DNA of 60,681 nt from Enterobacterales bacterium (GTDB lineage Bacteria; Pseudomonadota; Gammaproteobacteria; Enterobacterales; GCA-002770795): contig JBFFIY010000006.1 in the NCBI GenBank assembly GCA_041556195.1, positions 1-60,681 of the forward strand, in the 5' to 3' direction. Positions 9,352 through 19,305 of the stretch are shown piece after piece. The first letter of the stretch is position 1, and every line of letters begins with the position of its first letter. The notes under the pieces are model-generated. The model saw only the letters and a program-made list of their open reading frames with translations. It was not told where the DNA came from and did no database searches. The position numbers and the translations under genes were made by a program.

Positions 9352-12105
9352 CTAGAACTTCATTCGAGCGCCAAATGCAAAGCGACTACCGGTATCAGCA
9401 AGCTCAATGACACGATTTTCATAGATTGAAAAAGAAAGAGTTTGTTCATCGGTTATGTTTATTGCTTCAAAGAACAAATTAATGTCTTCGGTGATATCGT
9501 AACTTGCGCTCGCATCCCACTGACCATATGAGCGAATACTTTTAGGTTGTCCTCGATTCGCTGCAGTGGACTCGAGATAAGTATCTCTGTAGTTATAGGC
9601 GATACGGGCCTGAATAGGACCCTTTTCATAGAAAGCTACAGCATTCCAGGTTTCTGAAGTTTGATCTTCTGCTACACCATCAGTTTCCAGAGTCACATCT
9701 GTAAAGTTCGCTAGTATGCCTAAACCATCAAAAGGTGCAGGTAATGTGCTGAAGGTGTATTGCGCCGACAACTCAAATCCTTCGATATCACCTTTACCTG
9801 TATTCTCTGGGCGATTTGACAAGAAGTCAAAACCAAGAATTTGAACTATATTGGTTTGTCTTTGAGACTGATTAGAGAGATCTTTGTAGAACACTGCAGC
9901 ACTCAGGTAACTGACATCATCCATATACCAGGTTGCATTCAAATCGTAATTCCATGCTTCCATTGGTTTTAATCCTGGATTACCACTAGATACATTGCGC
10001 TCTCTTTCACGCACATTGAAATTTCGAGAAAGCATTAAGTCGCTAAGGGTCGCACGGGTAAGAGTCTTGCCGAGTGCCGTGCGTAGCACAACATCTTCAG
10101 ACAGATCAAACTTGAAATTCGCAGTAGGTAACCAAACATCATACGAACCCGTTTCCTGTATAGGAATAGCATCTGAAAATACAGGTACTGGATCGCCATT
10201 AGGTGGGACAATGATCTCTAATATTTCCTGGCCTACGCCTGAGGACGTAATATCGGTTTGTGTATAACGAAGTCCCAGGTTACCGGACCAGGGCGTATTA
10301 CCAAGTTCACCCGTAAAATTCGCCTGGATGTAAACACTGATATTCTCCTCTTCGACTTCTCCACCAGATCCTGGTACTGGTTGTACGCCCAGGGTACCGC
10401 CATTAGCTGCAATAACTGCTCTTGTGGCAGCGGGATCTGCGGTTAGGGCAATTCCTGCATCAGACAGGAAAAAAGCCTGTAATTCAGCAATTGAATATGT
10501 GGGGAAATCCGTATTGAACGAACCACCATCAAGAAATCCACTAGTATCTACAATAGAGAATAGATCCTGTGGAATGGCTACTCCACAAAAAAGACATTGG
10601 ACATTACCAGGGGTCTTGGCAACAGTTTTCCCTTTTTCACGAGTGGCGTAACTAAGGCCTGTCTGTACAGAAGTCAGGGTTCCTGTGTCAAAGGTATAAT
10701 TAAAATCGGCTGTCGCCTGGAAGGTTTCGTCCTCAATGCTCCTGCCTTCCCAGGTAAACCAACCGAATGTTGCTTGTGAAGTATCACTTACATCACCAAT
10801 ATTAGAAAACACAGGCAAACCATTGGGGCTTTGATCAAACACTACTGCAGCAGGATCAGATACATTAAGGTTGGCATCGAACCATGCCTGATTGCCTGCT
10901 GTACTGTCTGTTGATTTTGAATAAGCGACATCAAAAACAGCTGAAAGATGATCGCTAAAGATCCAGTCTGCGTTAAAGCCCACTTGCTCGGTTTCGGCTA
11001 GACGAGGTCGAATAAAAGAAACGATTCTCTGGTTGGTGATCCCTCTGGAATGAATGACAGTATTATTCGCATCGACCATTGCTTCTGTTACATTATTTGG
11101 ATCCTGGTAATGAAAAATAGAGCGGCTGTCATCATTAACGTCAAGCTTGGAATAAAGCCCATCAAGGGTAAGTCGCAAATCGTCACTGACCTGCCATTGT
11201 AGTGCCGCTGTTGCGCTGCTCCGTTCACGATCAGTTTCGTTAATATCATAACTAACAAAAGTTGGTATAGAAACACCCCCTAACTCCGGCGTACCGTCAT
11301 TATCAAAATCCAGGTCACGGTTAGCTTCGTAGCCATCTGTAAATACTCTTTCATTACGAAAATCGCGTTTGATATAGGCGAATGACAGCAGAGCACCAAA
11401 TTTGCCATCCATAAACGTGTCACTGACAAAACCTGAAATTTGCGGCGATGTCTCTTCTCGTGAATCATCATAAACTCCTTTGGCAGATAAATGTCCTCTA
11501 AAACCGTCAAAATCCAGCGGGCGTGACGTTTTCATATTAATCGTTGCGCCAATGCCGCCTTCAATTAAGCTGGCTGTAGGTGTTTTGTATACATCTGCAG
11601 CGCTCAACAGTTCAGCAGGAAGAATGTCAAAACTAAATTCACGACCATCGTTTTCCGTAGCAAGAACACGGCCATTTAATAACACTGTGTTAAACGCAGG
11701 CCCCATGCCACGTACGGTAACAAACTGGCCTTCACCACCTGAACGCGAAATAGTAACACCAGGAATACGTTGTAAGGCTTCAGCTACGTTTTGATCGGGA
11801 AACTTACCTAGGTCTTCTGCAGCAATTGAGTCTACAATAGAATCTGCATTGCGCTTAGTAGATAACGCGGCTCTTTGGCTGTTGCGTATCCCCGAGATCA
11901 CAACAACGTTTTCCTCGTCACCGATTTCATCCGTTTGATTTTCATCTGCGGTTTTATCTATTTCAGCAAGCTTAGCATCTATAGGCTTTGCATCTATAGG
12001 CGTTGTATTTTCATCTGTGGCGTTAGCAACTATTGGAAGTTGCGCTAATGCAAAAATAATTGCAACAGCCAATTTATTGGACTTAAACTCCGTCTTTCTT
12101 TTCAT
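9352..12105 (-). CDS. TonB-dependent outer-membrane receptor (glycan type)
   Basis: Signal peptide, plug motifs DSIAAEDLGKFPDQNVAEALQRIPGV and VRGMGP, GNPGLKP, C-terminal Phe. Confidence 0.93.
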   Translation of the reverse strand: MKRKTEFKSNKLAVAIIFALAQLPIVANATDENTTPIDAKPIDAKLAEIDKTADENQTDEIGDEENVVVISGIRNSQRAALSTKRNADSIVDSIAAEDLGKFPDQNVAEALQRIPGVTISRSGGEGQFVTVRGMGPAFNTVLLNGRVLATENDGREFSFDILPAELLSAADVYKTPTASLIEGGIGATINMKTSRPLDFDGFRGHLSAKGVYDDSREETSPQISGFVSDTFMDGKFGALLSFAYIKRDFRNERVFTDGYEANRDLDFDNDGTPELGGVSIPTFVSYDINETDRERSSATAALQWQVSDDLRLTLDGLYSKLDVNDDSRSIFHYQDPNNVTEAMVDANNTVIHSRGITNQRIVSFIRPRLAETEQVGFNADWIFSDHLSAVFDVAYSKSTDSTAGNQAWFDANLNVSDPAAVVFDQSPNGLPVFSNIGDVSDTSQATFGWFTWEGRSIEDETFQATADFNYTFDTGTLTSVQTGLSYATREKGKTVAKTPGNVQCLFCGVAIPQDLFSIVDTSGFLDGGSFNTDFPTYSIAELQAFFLSDAGIALTADPAATRAVIAANGGTLGVQPVPGSGGEVEEENISVYIQANFTGELGNTPWSGNLGLRYTQTDITSSGVGQEILEIIVPPNGDPVPVFSDAIPIQETGSYDVWLPTANFKFDLSEDVVLRTALGKTLTRATLSDLMLSRNFNVRERERNVSSGNPGLKPMEAWNYDLNATWYMDDVSYLSAAVFYKDLSNQSQRQTNIVQILGFDFLSNRPENTGKGDIEGFELSAQYTFSTLPAPFDGLGILANFTDVTLETDGVAEDQTSETWNAVAFYEKGPIQARIAYNYRDTYLESTAANRGQPKSIRSYGQWDASASYDITEDINLFFEAINITDEQTLSFSIYENRVIELADTGSRFAFGARMKF

Positions 12106-12220
12106 CTCAACCCCAATTCTTTGTATTTTTTTATGAGTAAGTTAAAACCAGTTTCCACAGTGAAATCACGACTAACTGGGGGAGCCTGGTTTAACGGTTA
12201 AAATTTAATCAACAAGATTG

Positions 12221-12270
12221 AGTTTAACGTTAAACCTTAGCGATGGCAAGAGTTATATTTAACGTTAAAC
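12221..12270 (-). promoter_or_regulatory. TonB-receptor promoter with two LacI-type operators GTTTAACGTTAAAC (12222-12235, 12257-12270)
   Basis: Minus strand TTGCCA (12249-12244), 17 bp, TAAACT (12226-12221); one perfect and one 13/14 palindrome. Confidence 0.72.
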
Positions 12271-12357
12271 TTGATGGTAAAAAGTTTTCCAAATGAGATA
12301 ATTTGGTTATTTTAGTTTTTGATTGACTTTAAAATGGCTCGACAATTTTTGATGTTA

Positions 12358-13446
12358 TCAGGAATGAATAGCTTCACCTTTTGCATCAAATAGTAAAATT
12401 TTTGGAAGGGCAATGCCAAGAGTTAAGCGATCTGAACTATTGAATTTGTGCTGTCCCTGAAGTTTTACTCTAAAATCGAATTTATCGAATAATTTAGCGT
12501 AAATATACGTCGCATCGCCTAGAGACTCAACTTCATTCACGATCAAATCTAACGCCATATCTCTATTATTTACAGTGGTACTTATATGTTCTGGCCGCAA
12601 GCCCAAAATAATCTCATCATCCATGTTCAATGTTGGGAGATTAACCTCAAGACAGATTTTTTTGTTATCAAAAAGGTTGATAAAAAGCTTATTTTTCTGG
12701 TTTTCTATGATTTTTCCTTTCAATAAATTGATTTTGGGACTACCAATAAAATTAGCGGCAAAGATATTTTCAGGATGATTATAAAGTTCCAGAGGAGATC
12801 CAATCTGAACAATATTCCCTTCATTCAGCAAGACGATACGATCAGCCATTGTCATAGCCTCAATCTGATCATGAGTAACATAGATCATTGTATTATCAAG
12901 TTTCTTATGTAACTTGATTAGTTCATGCCGCATTCGAACTCGCAATTCAGCATCCAGATTTGACAAAGGTTCGTCGAATAAGAAAATTTTGGGATCACGA
13001 ACAATAGCTCGTCCAATAGCAACTCTTTGTCGCTGACCGCCGGAAAGCTGGCTTGGAAGACGCTCCAGATAATCACCTAATTGCAATATATCCGCAGCAT
13101 GCTGGATTTGTTGTTCAATGTATTGTTTGCTGCACTTCATATTTTTAAGGCCAAAACCAAAATTTTCTCTAACTGTCATATGAGGATATAAAGCATAGGA
13201 TTGAAACACCATGGCGATGCCTCGTTTGGATGCTGCTATCTTTGTCACATTGTTGTCTTCGATATAGATCTCGCCAGAAGTCACTTCTTCCAGGCCGGCT
13301 ATCATTCTCAATATAGTGGATTTCCCGCAGCCAGAAGGGCCGACTAAAACAATGAACTCTCCTGATAGAATGTTAAGATTGAGATTATGAATAGTTTCTA
13401 TTTGGTCATAGGTTTTGACGAGATTTTTAATTGTTAAGCTGGTCAT
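12358..13446 (-). CDS. Sugar ABC transporter ATP-binding protein (MalK/MsmK/UgpC family)
   Basis: GPSGCGKS, VFQSYALYPHM, LSGGQRQR, DEPLSNLD, YVTHDQ. Confidence 0.94.
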   Translation of the reverse strand: MTSLTIKNLVKTYDQIETIHNLNLNILSGEFIVLVGPSGCGKSTILRMIAGLEEVTSGEIYIEDNNVTKIAASKRGIAMVFQSYALYPHMTVRENFGFGLKNMKCSKQYIEQQIQHAADILQLGDYLERLPSQLSGGQRQRVAIGRAIVRDPKIFLFDEPLSNLDAELRVRMRHELIKLHKKLDNTMIYVTHDQIEAMTMADRIVLLNEGNIVQIGSPLELYNHPENIFAANFIGSPKINLLKGKIIENQKNKLFINLFDNKKICLEVNLPTLNMDDEIILGLRPEHISTTVNNRDMALDLIVNEVESLGDATYIYAKLFDKFDFRVKLQGQHKFNSSDRLTLGIALPKILLFDAKGEAIHS

Positions 13447-13450
13447 ATAG

Positions 13451-14518
13451 CTATAGTTTTCCTATTTTTGCAGTACTGCCTCTTTTTATTATCCTCGCTT
13501 CAATATTGATCCTTTGACCCTGCTCCTTACCTTTTTGCAGCAACGCTTCAGCGGCTTTACGACCTTTTTCATAGGCCTCTTGTCTGACCGTAGTTAACGC
13601 CGGTAATGTAGAGTTTAGATTTTGGGGTAGAATGTCATCAAATCCGGTTACCGAAATACGCTGGGGAACAGCTAGGCCAAGCCGCTTACATTCAGTCATT
13701 GCACCATAAGCGAGTCGATCGGAGAAACAAATGAGCGCGGTAATGTCAGGTTGTAGATCTAACAGATGTCGCGCTGCTTCAGCTCCACCATCTTCACTGT
13801 TAGTTGTTTCCTGGATCAAAATACTACTCATCTTAATGTTGCTTCTTCCTATAGCTTCCTTACAGCCATTTATTCGTTGGCTTACAACGTAATTATCTCT
13901 ATCCAGCACTCGATCCAGGGTACATAAATCATAACGGCCTTCTTTTATAGGAAAGGTAATTATACCGATCTGGCGGTGTCCAAGAGACAAAATATAATCA
14001 GTCATTTCGCTCATCATAATTGAATCGTTGGTCAAAACACTGATATGTTCCGGCGAATCAAAGTCAACCACAACGGTAGGTAAGCCTCTGGCAAGTGCTC
14101 GCTGGGTAGTTGGATTATTGCTATAAGGAGCGTTGAGAATATAACCGTCCACCATGGCACCTAGTGGCTCAAAATCATTCACACTGCTATTTTTTAGAGG
14201 TATCAAAACGATGTTAGTCCCTTCCACTTCACAAATAGAGGAAATGCCCCGTAGGAATTCTATATCATGAGGATCAGAAAAGGCGTAGCTGAGTTGATCA
14301 TTAAAGATTATGCCAATAGCTCCATATAATCCTGTTCGAAGCGATCTTGCCGCTGGATTTGGACCGTGGTAATCAACAGATTTGGCATAATTAAATATCT
14401 TACTGCGTAGCTTGTCGGATACTTTAGTCGGATTATTGAATGCATTTGAAACCGATGTATGGGTTATACCAAGCTCTGCCGCAATAGACTTCAGAGTAAC
14501 TTTTTTTCGGCTTTTCAT
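13451..14518 (-). CDS. LacI-family regulator of the glycan locus
   Basis: HTH TLKSIAAELGITHTSVSNAFN, AARSLRTG hinge, VTGFDD, LTTVRQ. Confidence 0.9.
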   Translation of the reverse strand: MKSRKKVTLKSIAAELGITHTSVSNAFNNPTKVSDKLRSKIFNYAKSVDYHGPNPAARSLRTGLYGAIGIIFNDQLSYAFSDPHDIEFLRGISSICEVEGTNIVLIPLKNSSVNDFEPLGAMVDGYILNAPYSNNPTTQRALARGLPTVVVDFDSPEHISVLTNDSIMMSEMTDYILSLGHRQIGIITFPIKEGRYDLCTLDRVLDRDNYVVSQRINGCKEAIGRSNIKMSSILIQETTNSEDGGAEAARHLLDLQPDITALICFSDRLAYGAMTECKRLGLAVPQRISVTGFDDILPQNLNSTLPALTTVRQEAYEKGRKAAEALLQKGKEQGQRINIEARIIKRGSTAKIGKL

Positions 14519-14657
14519 CGAAAATATCCTTCTCCGGAATTATATAAGTTTTTACCAACTGGTATAGTATTGAAGTAAGTACCTCTATGACAGTTCACAG
14601 TCACGAAAGCCTTTATCTAGCAACTTGATGTCCAAACAACATAAATTTTGACTTGTC

Positions 14658-14675
14658 TTATCCCAAGCTGAGGTT
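14658..14675 (-). repeat. Solitary family A terminal repeat
   Basis: TTATCCCAAGCTGAGGTT resembles TTATCCAGAGTTGAGGTT at 23539-23556. Confidence 0.45.
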
Positions 14676-14730
14676 AGTTAAAGCTTATGTGCAGTATACA
14701 GCATCAAATTTTTAATACACAGAAATTTAT

Positions 14731-14780
14731 GTTTATCGTTAAACCTTGACACGGGTAATATTTTTGGTTTAACGTTAAAC
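14731..14780 (+). promoter_or_regulatory. Promoter of the ABC/hydrolase operon with two LacI-type operators (14731-14744, 14767-14780)
   Basis: GTTTATCGTTAAAC and perfect GTTTAACGTTAAAC flank TTGACA (14746-14751). Confidence 0.72.
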
Positions 14781-14905
14781 TTTTTTGCAAGTTGTTGAAA
14801 TGAAGTAACCCTTGACTAAAGGTAATGGACTAATTTGCTTATGACTTCTCTGGCAAGCAATGCGAATGACATATGGTGTATAAGCAGCTTGACTGAGAAA
14901 ATTTA

Positions 14906-14954
14906 TATACCCGTGATACTTTGAAATGAATAGTTTCCAAGTATCACGGGTATA
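14906..14954. repeat. Family C mini-element/hairpin in the operon leader
   Basis: Perfect 16-bp inverted repeat TATACCCGTGATACTT / AAGTATCACGGGTATA. Confidence 0.7.
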
Positions 14955-14985
14955 GATAGACATAATAAGACGAGTAGTTATATCA

Positions 14986-16260
14986 ATGAATTCAAAAATT
15001 GACAAATATAGGGCAACCGTTTTTTTGTTTTTATGTATGAGTATTTTTTTAACTGTGGCATGTAGCAGCAACAAGGGAGCAGCACTATCGCGTAAAACAG
15101 CCTTTATAGGCACTAAGATCAACTTGCAACATTTCGATCATTTGTTTACTGAAATCAACGTTGATAATAGAAAAATGGGGGTTGTAAATATTTATAGTGA
15201 ATACCCAGATTATACCTATGCGATAGAGCCAGCCGAAGGATTTGCCTGTGTGGATGACGCTGCCAGAGCTATTGTCATGTTGTCACAGTTTTTAAAGGTG
15301 CAACATAACGACGAAATTTTGAAAGAACTTAAAATGCTTATTGAGTTCGTTTTGTATATGCAAAACGACAACGGATATTTTAATAATTTTATTTGGCGGG
15401 ATCTGTCGATAAATACCCAATATAAAACCTCGGTAGCTGAAATAAACTGGTGGTCTTTGAGAGCGTTATGGAGTCTACAAGTTGCTTCTGAACTGGTACA
15501 GGCCGATTTGGGTTTAACAAGCAGAATCAAAAAGGCAGCAGATAAAGTTGTTTTAAATATAAAAAGAGATATTCCGCTAACGAATTTAACAACCGAGGTT
15601 GTTAATACGATAGAACTGCCTGTTTGGCTGCCAAATAAATATGCTGCAGATCAAGCTGCAGTAGCAATTATTGCGCTATTACCCTATTACCAAAAAAGTG
15701 ATGATAGCCAGGTATTGGAAATTATTAACGTTCTGGCAAAAGGCATAATGCAAATGCAAAAGGGTGATGCCAATAATTATCCTTTTGGCATGTTTTTAAG
15801 TTGGAAAAATCAGTGGCATTCATGGGGTAATAGCCAGGCATACGCGTTATTGTTAGCTGGACAACAACTGGAACGCCAGGAATATATACAAAGTGCGTTG
15901 CTTGAAGTTGATAATTTTTACCCTTATCTGTTGAAAAATGGTTTTGCTGAATCAATATGGATTGAACACAAAGTGGATGGATATTCTGAAACCAATAGAA
16001 AGCGTTTTCCTCAAATAGCTTATGGAATACGGCCGATGGTTTTTGCTGTAACAGAAGCGTACAGGATCACAAAAAATGAGAAATATTACACTCTTTTAAC
16101 AAAGTTTAAGTCCTGGTTTTCGGGTGTTAATGTTGCCGCCCAAATTATGTATGAACAGAGTAGTGGAAGAGTTTATGATGGTATTATTTCTACCACAGAA
16201 ATTAATATGAATTCCGGGGCAGAATCGACAATAGAAGGTTTAATGATCTTGCAAAAATAA
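14986..16260 (+). CDS. Uncharacterised lipoprotein, probable six-hairpin (alpha/alpha)6 glycosidase-like fold
   Basis: Lipobox TVAC; motifs EGFACVDDAARA, GYFNNF, QIAYG, YDG, NSGAESTIE; first gene of the sugar operon. Confidence 0.6.
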   Translation: MNSKIDKYRATVFLFLCMSIFLTVACSSNKGAALSRKTAFIGTKINLQHFDHLFTEINVDNRKMGVVNIYSEYPDYTYAIEPAEGFACVDDAARAIVMLSQFLKVQHNDEILKELKMLIEFVLYMQNDNGYFNNFIWRDLSINTQYKTSVAEINWWSLRALWSLQVASELVQADLGLTSRIKKAADKVVLNIKRDIPLTNLTTEVVNTIELPVWLPNKYAADQAAVAIIALLPYYQKSDDSQVLEIINVLAKGIMQMQKGDANNYPFGMFLSWKNQWHSWGNSQAYALLLAGQQLERQEYIQSALLEVDNFYPYLLKNGFAESIWIEHKVDGYSETNRKRFPQIAYGIRPMVFAVTEAYRITKNEKYYTLLTKFKSWFSGVNVAAQIMYEQSSGRVYDGIISTTEINMNSGAESTIEGLMILQK

Positions 16261-16276
16261 GTTCAGGGGAGGCTCT

Positions 16277-17566
16277 ATGAGGAATATTATTGAAATGATG
16301 TTGGCGGGCGCTTTTCTGTTGATAAGTGGTTGCTCTGGATCTGATCCGACACCAGAAGAATTTTCTGATGATAAGATCATAAGATTGTGGGTAGCACCCG
16401 ATGAATCACAAGAGGCGTTTTGGAAAATTGTAGTAGAACGATGGAACAAACGTGGTTCAGGCATACAGGTAAAATTCAAGACTATCCCAGCAGTAGAAAG
16501 TTCAGAAAAGGCTATTTTAACAGCTCTCGTGGCGGGTAATGCACCTGATCTATCGACCAATATATTCTCCGGTTTTGCCGCTCAACTGGCTGGTCTGGGG
16601 CAGTTGCAAGATCTTTCGGTGATGGATGGTTATAAGGAACTGGTATTGGTTCGGCACATGGAAAGCATCATGCAAGGCTGGGATCAGGGTGGGAAAAAAT
16701 ATGTCTTCCCACTTTATTCCAATCCTACATTAATTTGGTGGCGTGGTGATATTTTGCAAAAGCTTGGGATCAACAAAATACCGCAAACCTACGATGACGT
16801 CTATGAACTTTCAAAACAATATGCTGCATCTGATCATAAATTTGGGATGCAAATTATGACGGGTTTAAATTGGTACGACAGATGGTACGATTATATTTCA
16901 TTCTATTATGCCGCCTCGAATGGTGTGCCTTATATCAATGATGGCAAAGCGTTTTATGATAATGATGCGGGTCTTTCTGTTCTGACATTTATGGACACCA
17001 TATATAAGAATGGGTGGACTGCACTGGATTTTGAAAGTGATGATCCTTTAACGACAGGTTTGGTTGTTGGTGCGGTGCGGGGACCCTGGAGCGTATCTTT
17101 TTTCAAACGTATGTATCCTGATACACTGAAAAAAATCATTGTCGGGCCAATGATCCGCAAACATAAAACCGATGGGAAGGCATACACCTTTGCCGATAGC
17201 AAAGGGTTGGTATTATTCAAGCATAGCAAAGTGAAAGCGGAAGCCTTCGCCTTTATCTCCTGGGTACTTAGCAACGATGAACTTAGCCTGTTGTGGTTGG
17301 AAAAAACAAACCTTCCTCCGGCTCGTGGCGATCTGATGGAGAATGCAATATTTAAAACCTTTTATGAGGCTAATCCACTCGCAAAACAATATGCCATCTA
17401 TGTTGACGTCGCAATACCATCTGCATTCATTGAAAGCACCATTGACGTGCAAAAAATAATGGGGTTTGAAATGGTTGAATCAGTGAAATTTGGTACCAAA
17501 CCCCCTGAAACCGCATTAGCCGATGCTGTCAGACGCACCAATAAATTATTGAAGGTGGCGCATTGA
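16277..17566 (+). CDS. Sugar ABC transporter substrate-binding lipoprotein
   Basis: Lipobox ISGC, AGNAPDL, extracellular solute-binding family pattern; precedes two permeases. Confidence 0.88.
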   Translation: MRNIIEMMLAGAFLLISGCSGSDPTPEEFSDDKIIRLWVAPDESQEAFWKIVVERWNKRGSGIQVKFKTIPAVESSEKAILTALVAGNAPDLSTNIFSGFAAQLAGLGQLQDLSVMDGYKELVLVRHMESIMQGWDQGGKKYVFPLYSNPTLIWWRGDILQKLGINKIPQTYDDVYELSKQYAASDHKFGMQIMTGLNWYDRWYDYISFYYAASNGVPYINDGKAFYDNDAGLSVLTFMDTIYKNGWTALDFESDDPLTTGLVVGAVRGPWSVSFFKRMYPDTLKKIIVGPMIRKHKTDGKAYTFADSKGLVLFKHSKVKAEAFAFISWVLSNDELSLLWLEKTNLPPARGDLMENAIFKTFYEANPLAKQYAIYVDVAIPSAFIESTIDVQKIMGFEMVESVKFGTKPPETALADAVRRTNKLLKVAH

Positions 17567-18459
17567 GTATGAAATTTGGGAATATAAAACTCGGTGAAAT
17601 AAGAGAATCCCAAATAGGGGCTGCACTGGCAGTATCATTTTTGTTGTTTAACGTGATTTTTTGGGCTTATCCATTTGTATGGTTGCTTATATTGTCTTTT
17701 TCCGATTGGCGTTTTTTTGATGTGCCAACCTTTAGCGGATTGAAAAACTTTTTTATTGTTTTGGATGATCCGGAATTCTGGCGCTCATTATGGAATGTGC
17801 TCCGGTTTTTGGGATATTATGTGCCCATCGTATTGACATGTTCCCTCGCTTTTGCATTTGGTTTACAGCATATTGGTCGTGGCAAAGTTTTTATTGCGTT
17901 GTGTTTCCTGTTGGCTCACATTTCCTCCGGCGTTGCCTATTCTCTGGTTTTTACAAAAATATTTAGTTCTACTGGCCCGATGAACAGGCTCCTACTTGAT
18001 TGGTTTGGCTTCTCTATTCCCTGGTTGTCCAGTCCGTCCATGGCAATGTTTTCAATTTCCCTGGTCGTGACGTGGAAATTCGTGGGCTACTACGGACTAA
18101 TATTGTATTCAGGTCTCGTGGCCATACCCAACGAGATCTATGATGCGGCAAAACTTGATAATACCCCGCCACTCATGAGGCTGTTCAAGATCAGCCTTCC
18201 CATGATCAATTCACAACTGATTATGGTATTGGTCTTTGCCATAACGGTTGCTTTTGGCATTTTTACCGAGCCTTACATGATGACTGCTGGTGGGCCAATG
18301 GAAAGTACCAATATGCCGCTACTTGTCATATATGAATCGGCATTCCATCGTTTGCAGCCAGGTCGTGCAGCCCTGATGGCGGTAATCATTGCCATCGTCA
18401 GTTATTTAGCAATCAAAATTATGCGCAAGATCCTGGAAAAAAATGTGGAATTGGTATGA
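17563..18459 (+). CDS. Sugar ABC transporter permease (MalF-like)
   Basis: EAA-like loop IPNEIYDAAKLD, MTAGGP, hydrophobic segments. Confidence 0.9.
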   Translation: MSMKFGNIKLGEIRESQIGAALAVSFLLFNVIFWAYPFVWLLILSFSDWRFFDVPTFSGLKNFFIVLDDPEFWRSLWNVLRFLGYYVPIVLTCSLAFAFGLQHIGRGKVFIALCFLLAHISSGVAYSLVFTKIFSSTGPMNRLLLDWFGFSIPWLSSPSMAMFSISLVVTWKFVGYYGLILYSGLVAIPNEIYDAAKLDNTPPLMRLFKISLPMINSQLIMVLVFAITVAFGIFTEPYMMTAGGPMESTNMPLLVIYESAFHRLQPGRAALMAVIIAIVSYLAIKIMRKILEKNVELV

Positions 18460-19304
18460 TTGACTTAAAGAAAAAAATACCGCAAAAGAGTATAGGCAGT
18501 TGGGTTATCACCGTTTTAATGTATATCCTGGCCTTAACATGGTTATATCCATACATCTGGATGGTGATGGCTTCCCTCAAACCAACCCCGGAGATATACC
18601 ATACGGATTTATTTTCTGGCTCATTTACGTTGGATAATTACCAATTTCTGTTTGACAGTGCGGAAAAATTAAATCGACCATTTCTAAAATCTCTGTTCAA
18701 TTCTTTTTTTATTACCCTAAGTGTCACGGCCTCGGTTGTGATCACATCGGCTTTTATTGGTTATGCGATGGCAAAAATTGATTTTTGGGGACGAGAACGG
18801 GTGAATAATTTTATTCTATTTCAAATGGTTGTTCCGGCTATGATGCTTCTTATCCCCCAATTTGTTCTGATCAAACAACTTGGATTGATTAATACATATT
18901 CTGCAATGATACTACCGGTAATGGTGTCGGGCTGGGGAATATTTATGATGGCTCAGGCCTTTAAAGGGACACCGAATGATTATATTGATGCTGCAAAACT
19001 GGATCGAGCCAGTCTGAGACAGATTGTATTCAATCTTATGGTACCTCTAAATAAGTCCATTGTCGCAATTGTAGCACTGTTTACTTTCACTGGTACCTGG
19101 GACAATTTTATGTGGCCTCTGATCGTTATGTCGGACGTTGATAAAATGCCATTATCCGTGTTGCTTGCGACCTTCAGTAAACAATATGGCATCTATGTTG
19201 GACCCGTGATGGCGGGATCTGTGTTGCAAGCTCTGCCGCTTGTGTTGCTTTTTATTATTTTCCGACGATATTTCTTACAGGGAATGTCCCTGTCGTTGAA
19301 GTGA
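18456..19304 (+). CDS. Sugar ABC transporter permease (MalG-like)
   Basis: PNDYIDAAKLD, WDNFMWPLI, FLQGM. Confidence 0.9.
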   Translation: MIDLKKKIPQKSIGSWVITVLMYILALTWLYPYIWMVMASLKPTPEIYHTDLFSGSFTLDNYQFLFDSAEKLNRPFLKSLFNSFFITLSVTASVVITSAFIGYAMAKIDFWGRERVNNFILFQMVVPAMMLLIPQFVLIKQLGLINTYSAMILPVMVSGWGIFMMAQAFKGTPNDYIDAAKLDRASLRQIVFNLMVPLNKSIVAIVALFTFTGTWDNFMWPLIVMSDVDKMPLSVLLATFSKQYGIYVGPVMAGSVLQALPLVLLFIIFRRYFLQGMSLSLK

Positions 19305-19305
19305 C

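Noticed and set aside
11971-12000. 15-bp tandem duplication (PIDAK-PIDAK) in the TonB receptor N-terminus
   Set aside because: Ordinary slippage in a low-complexity linker
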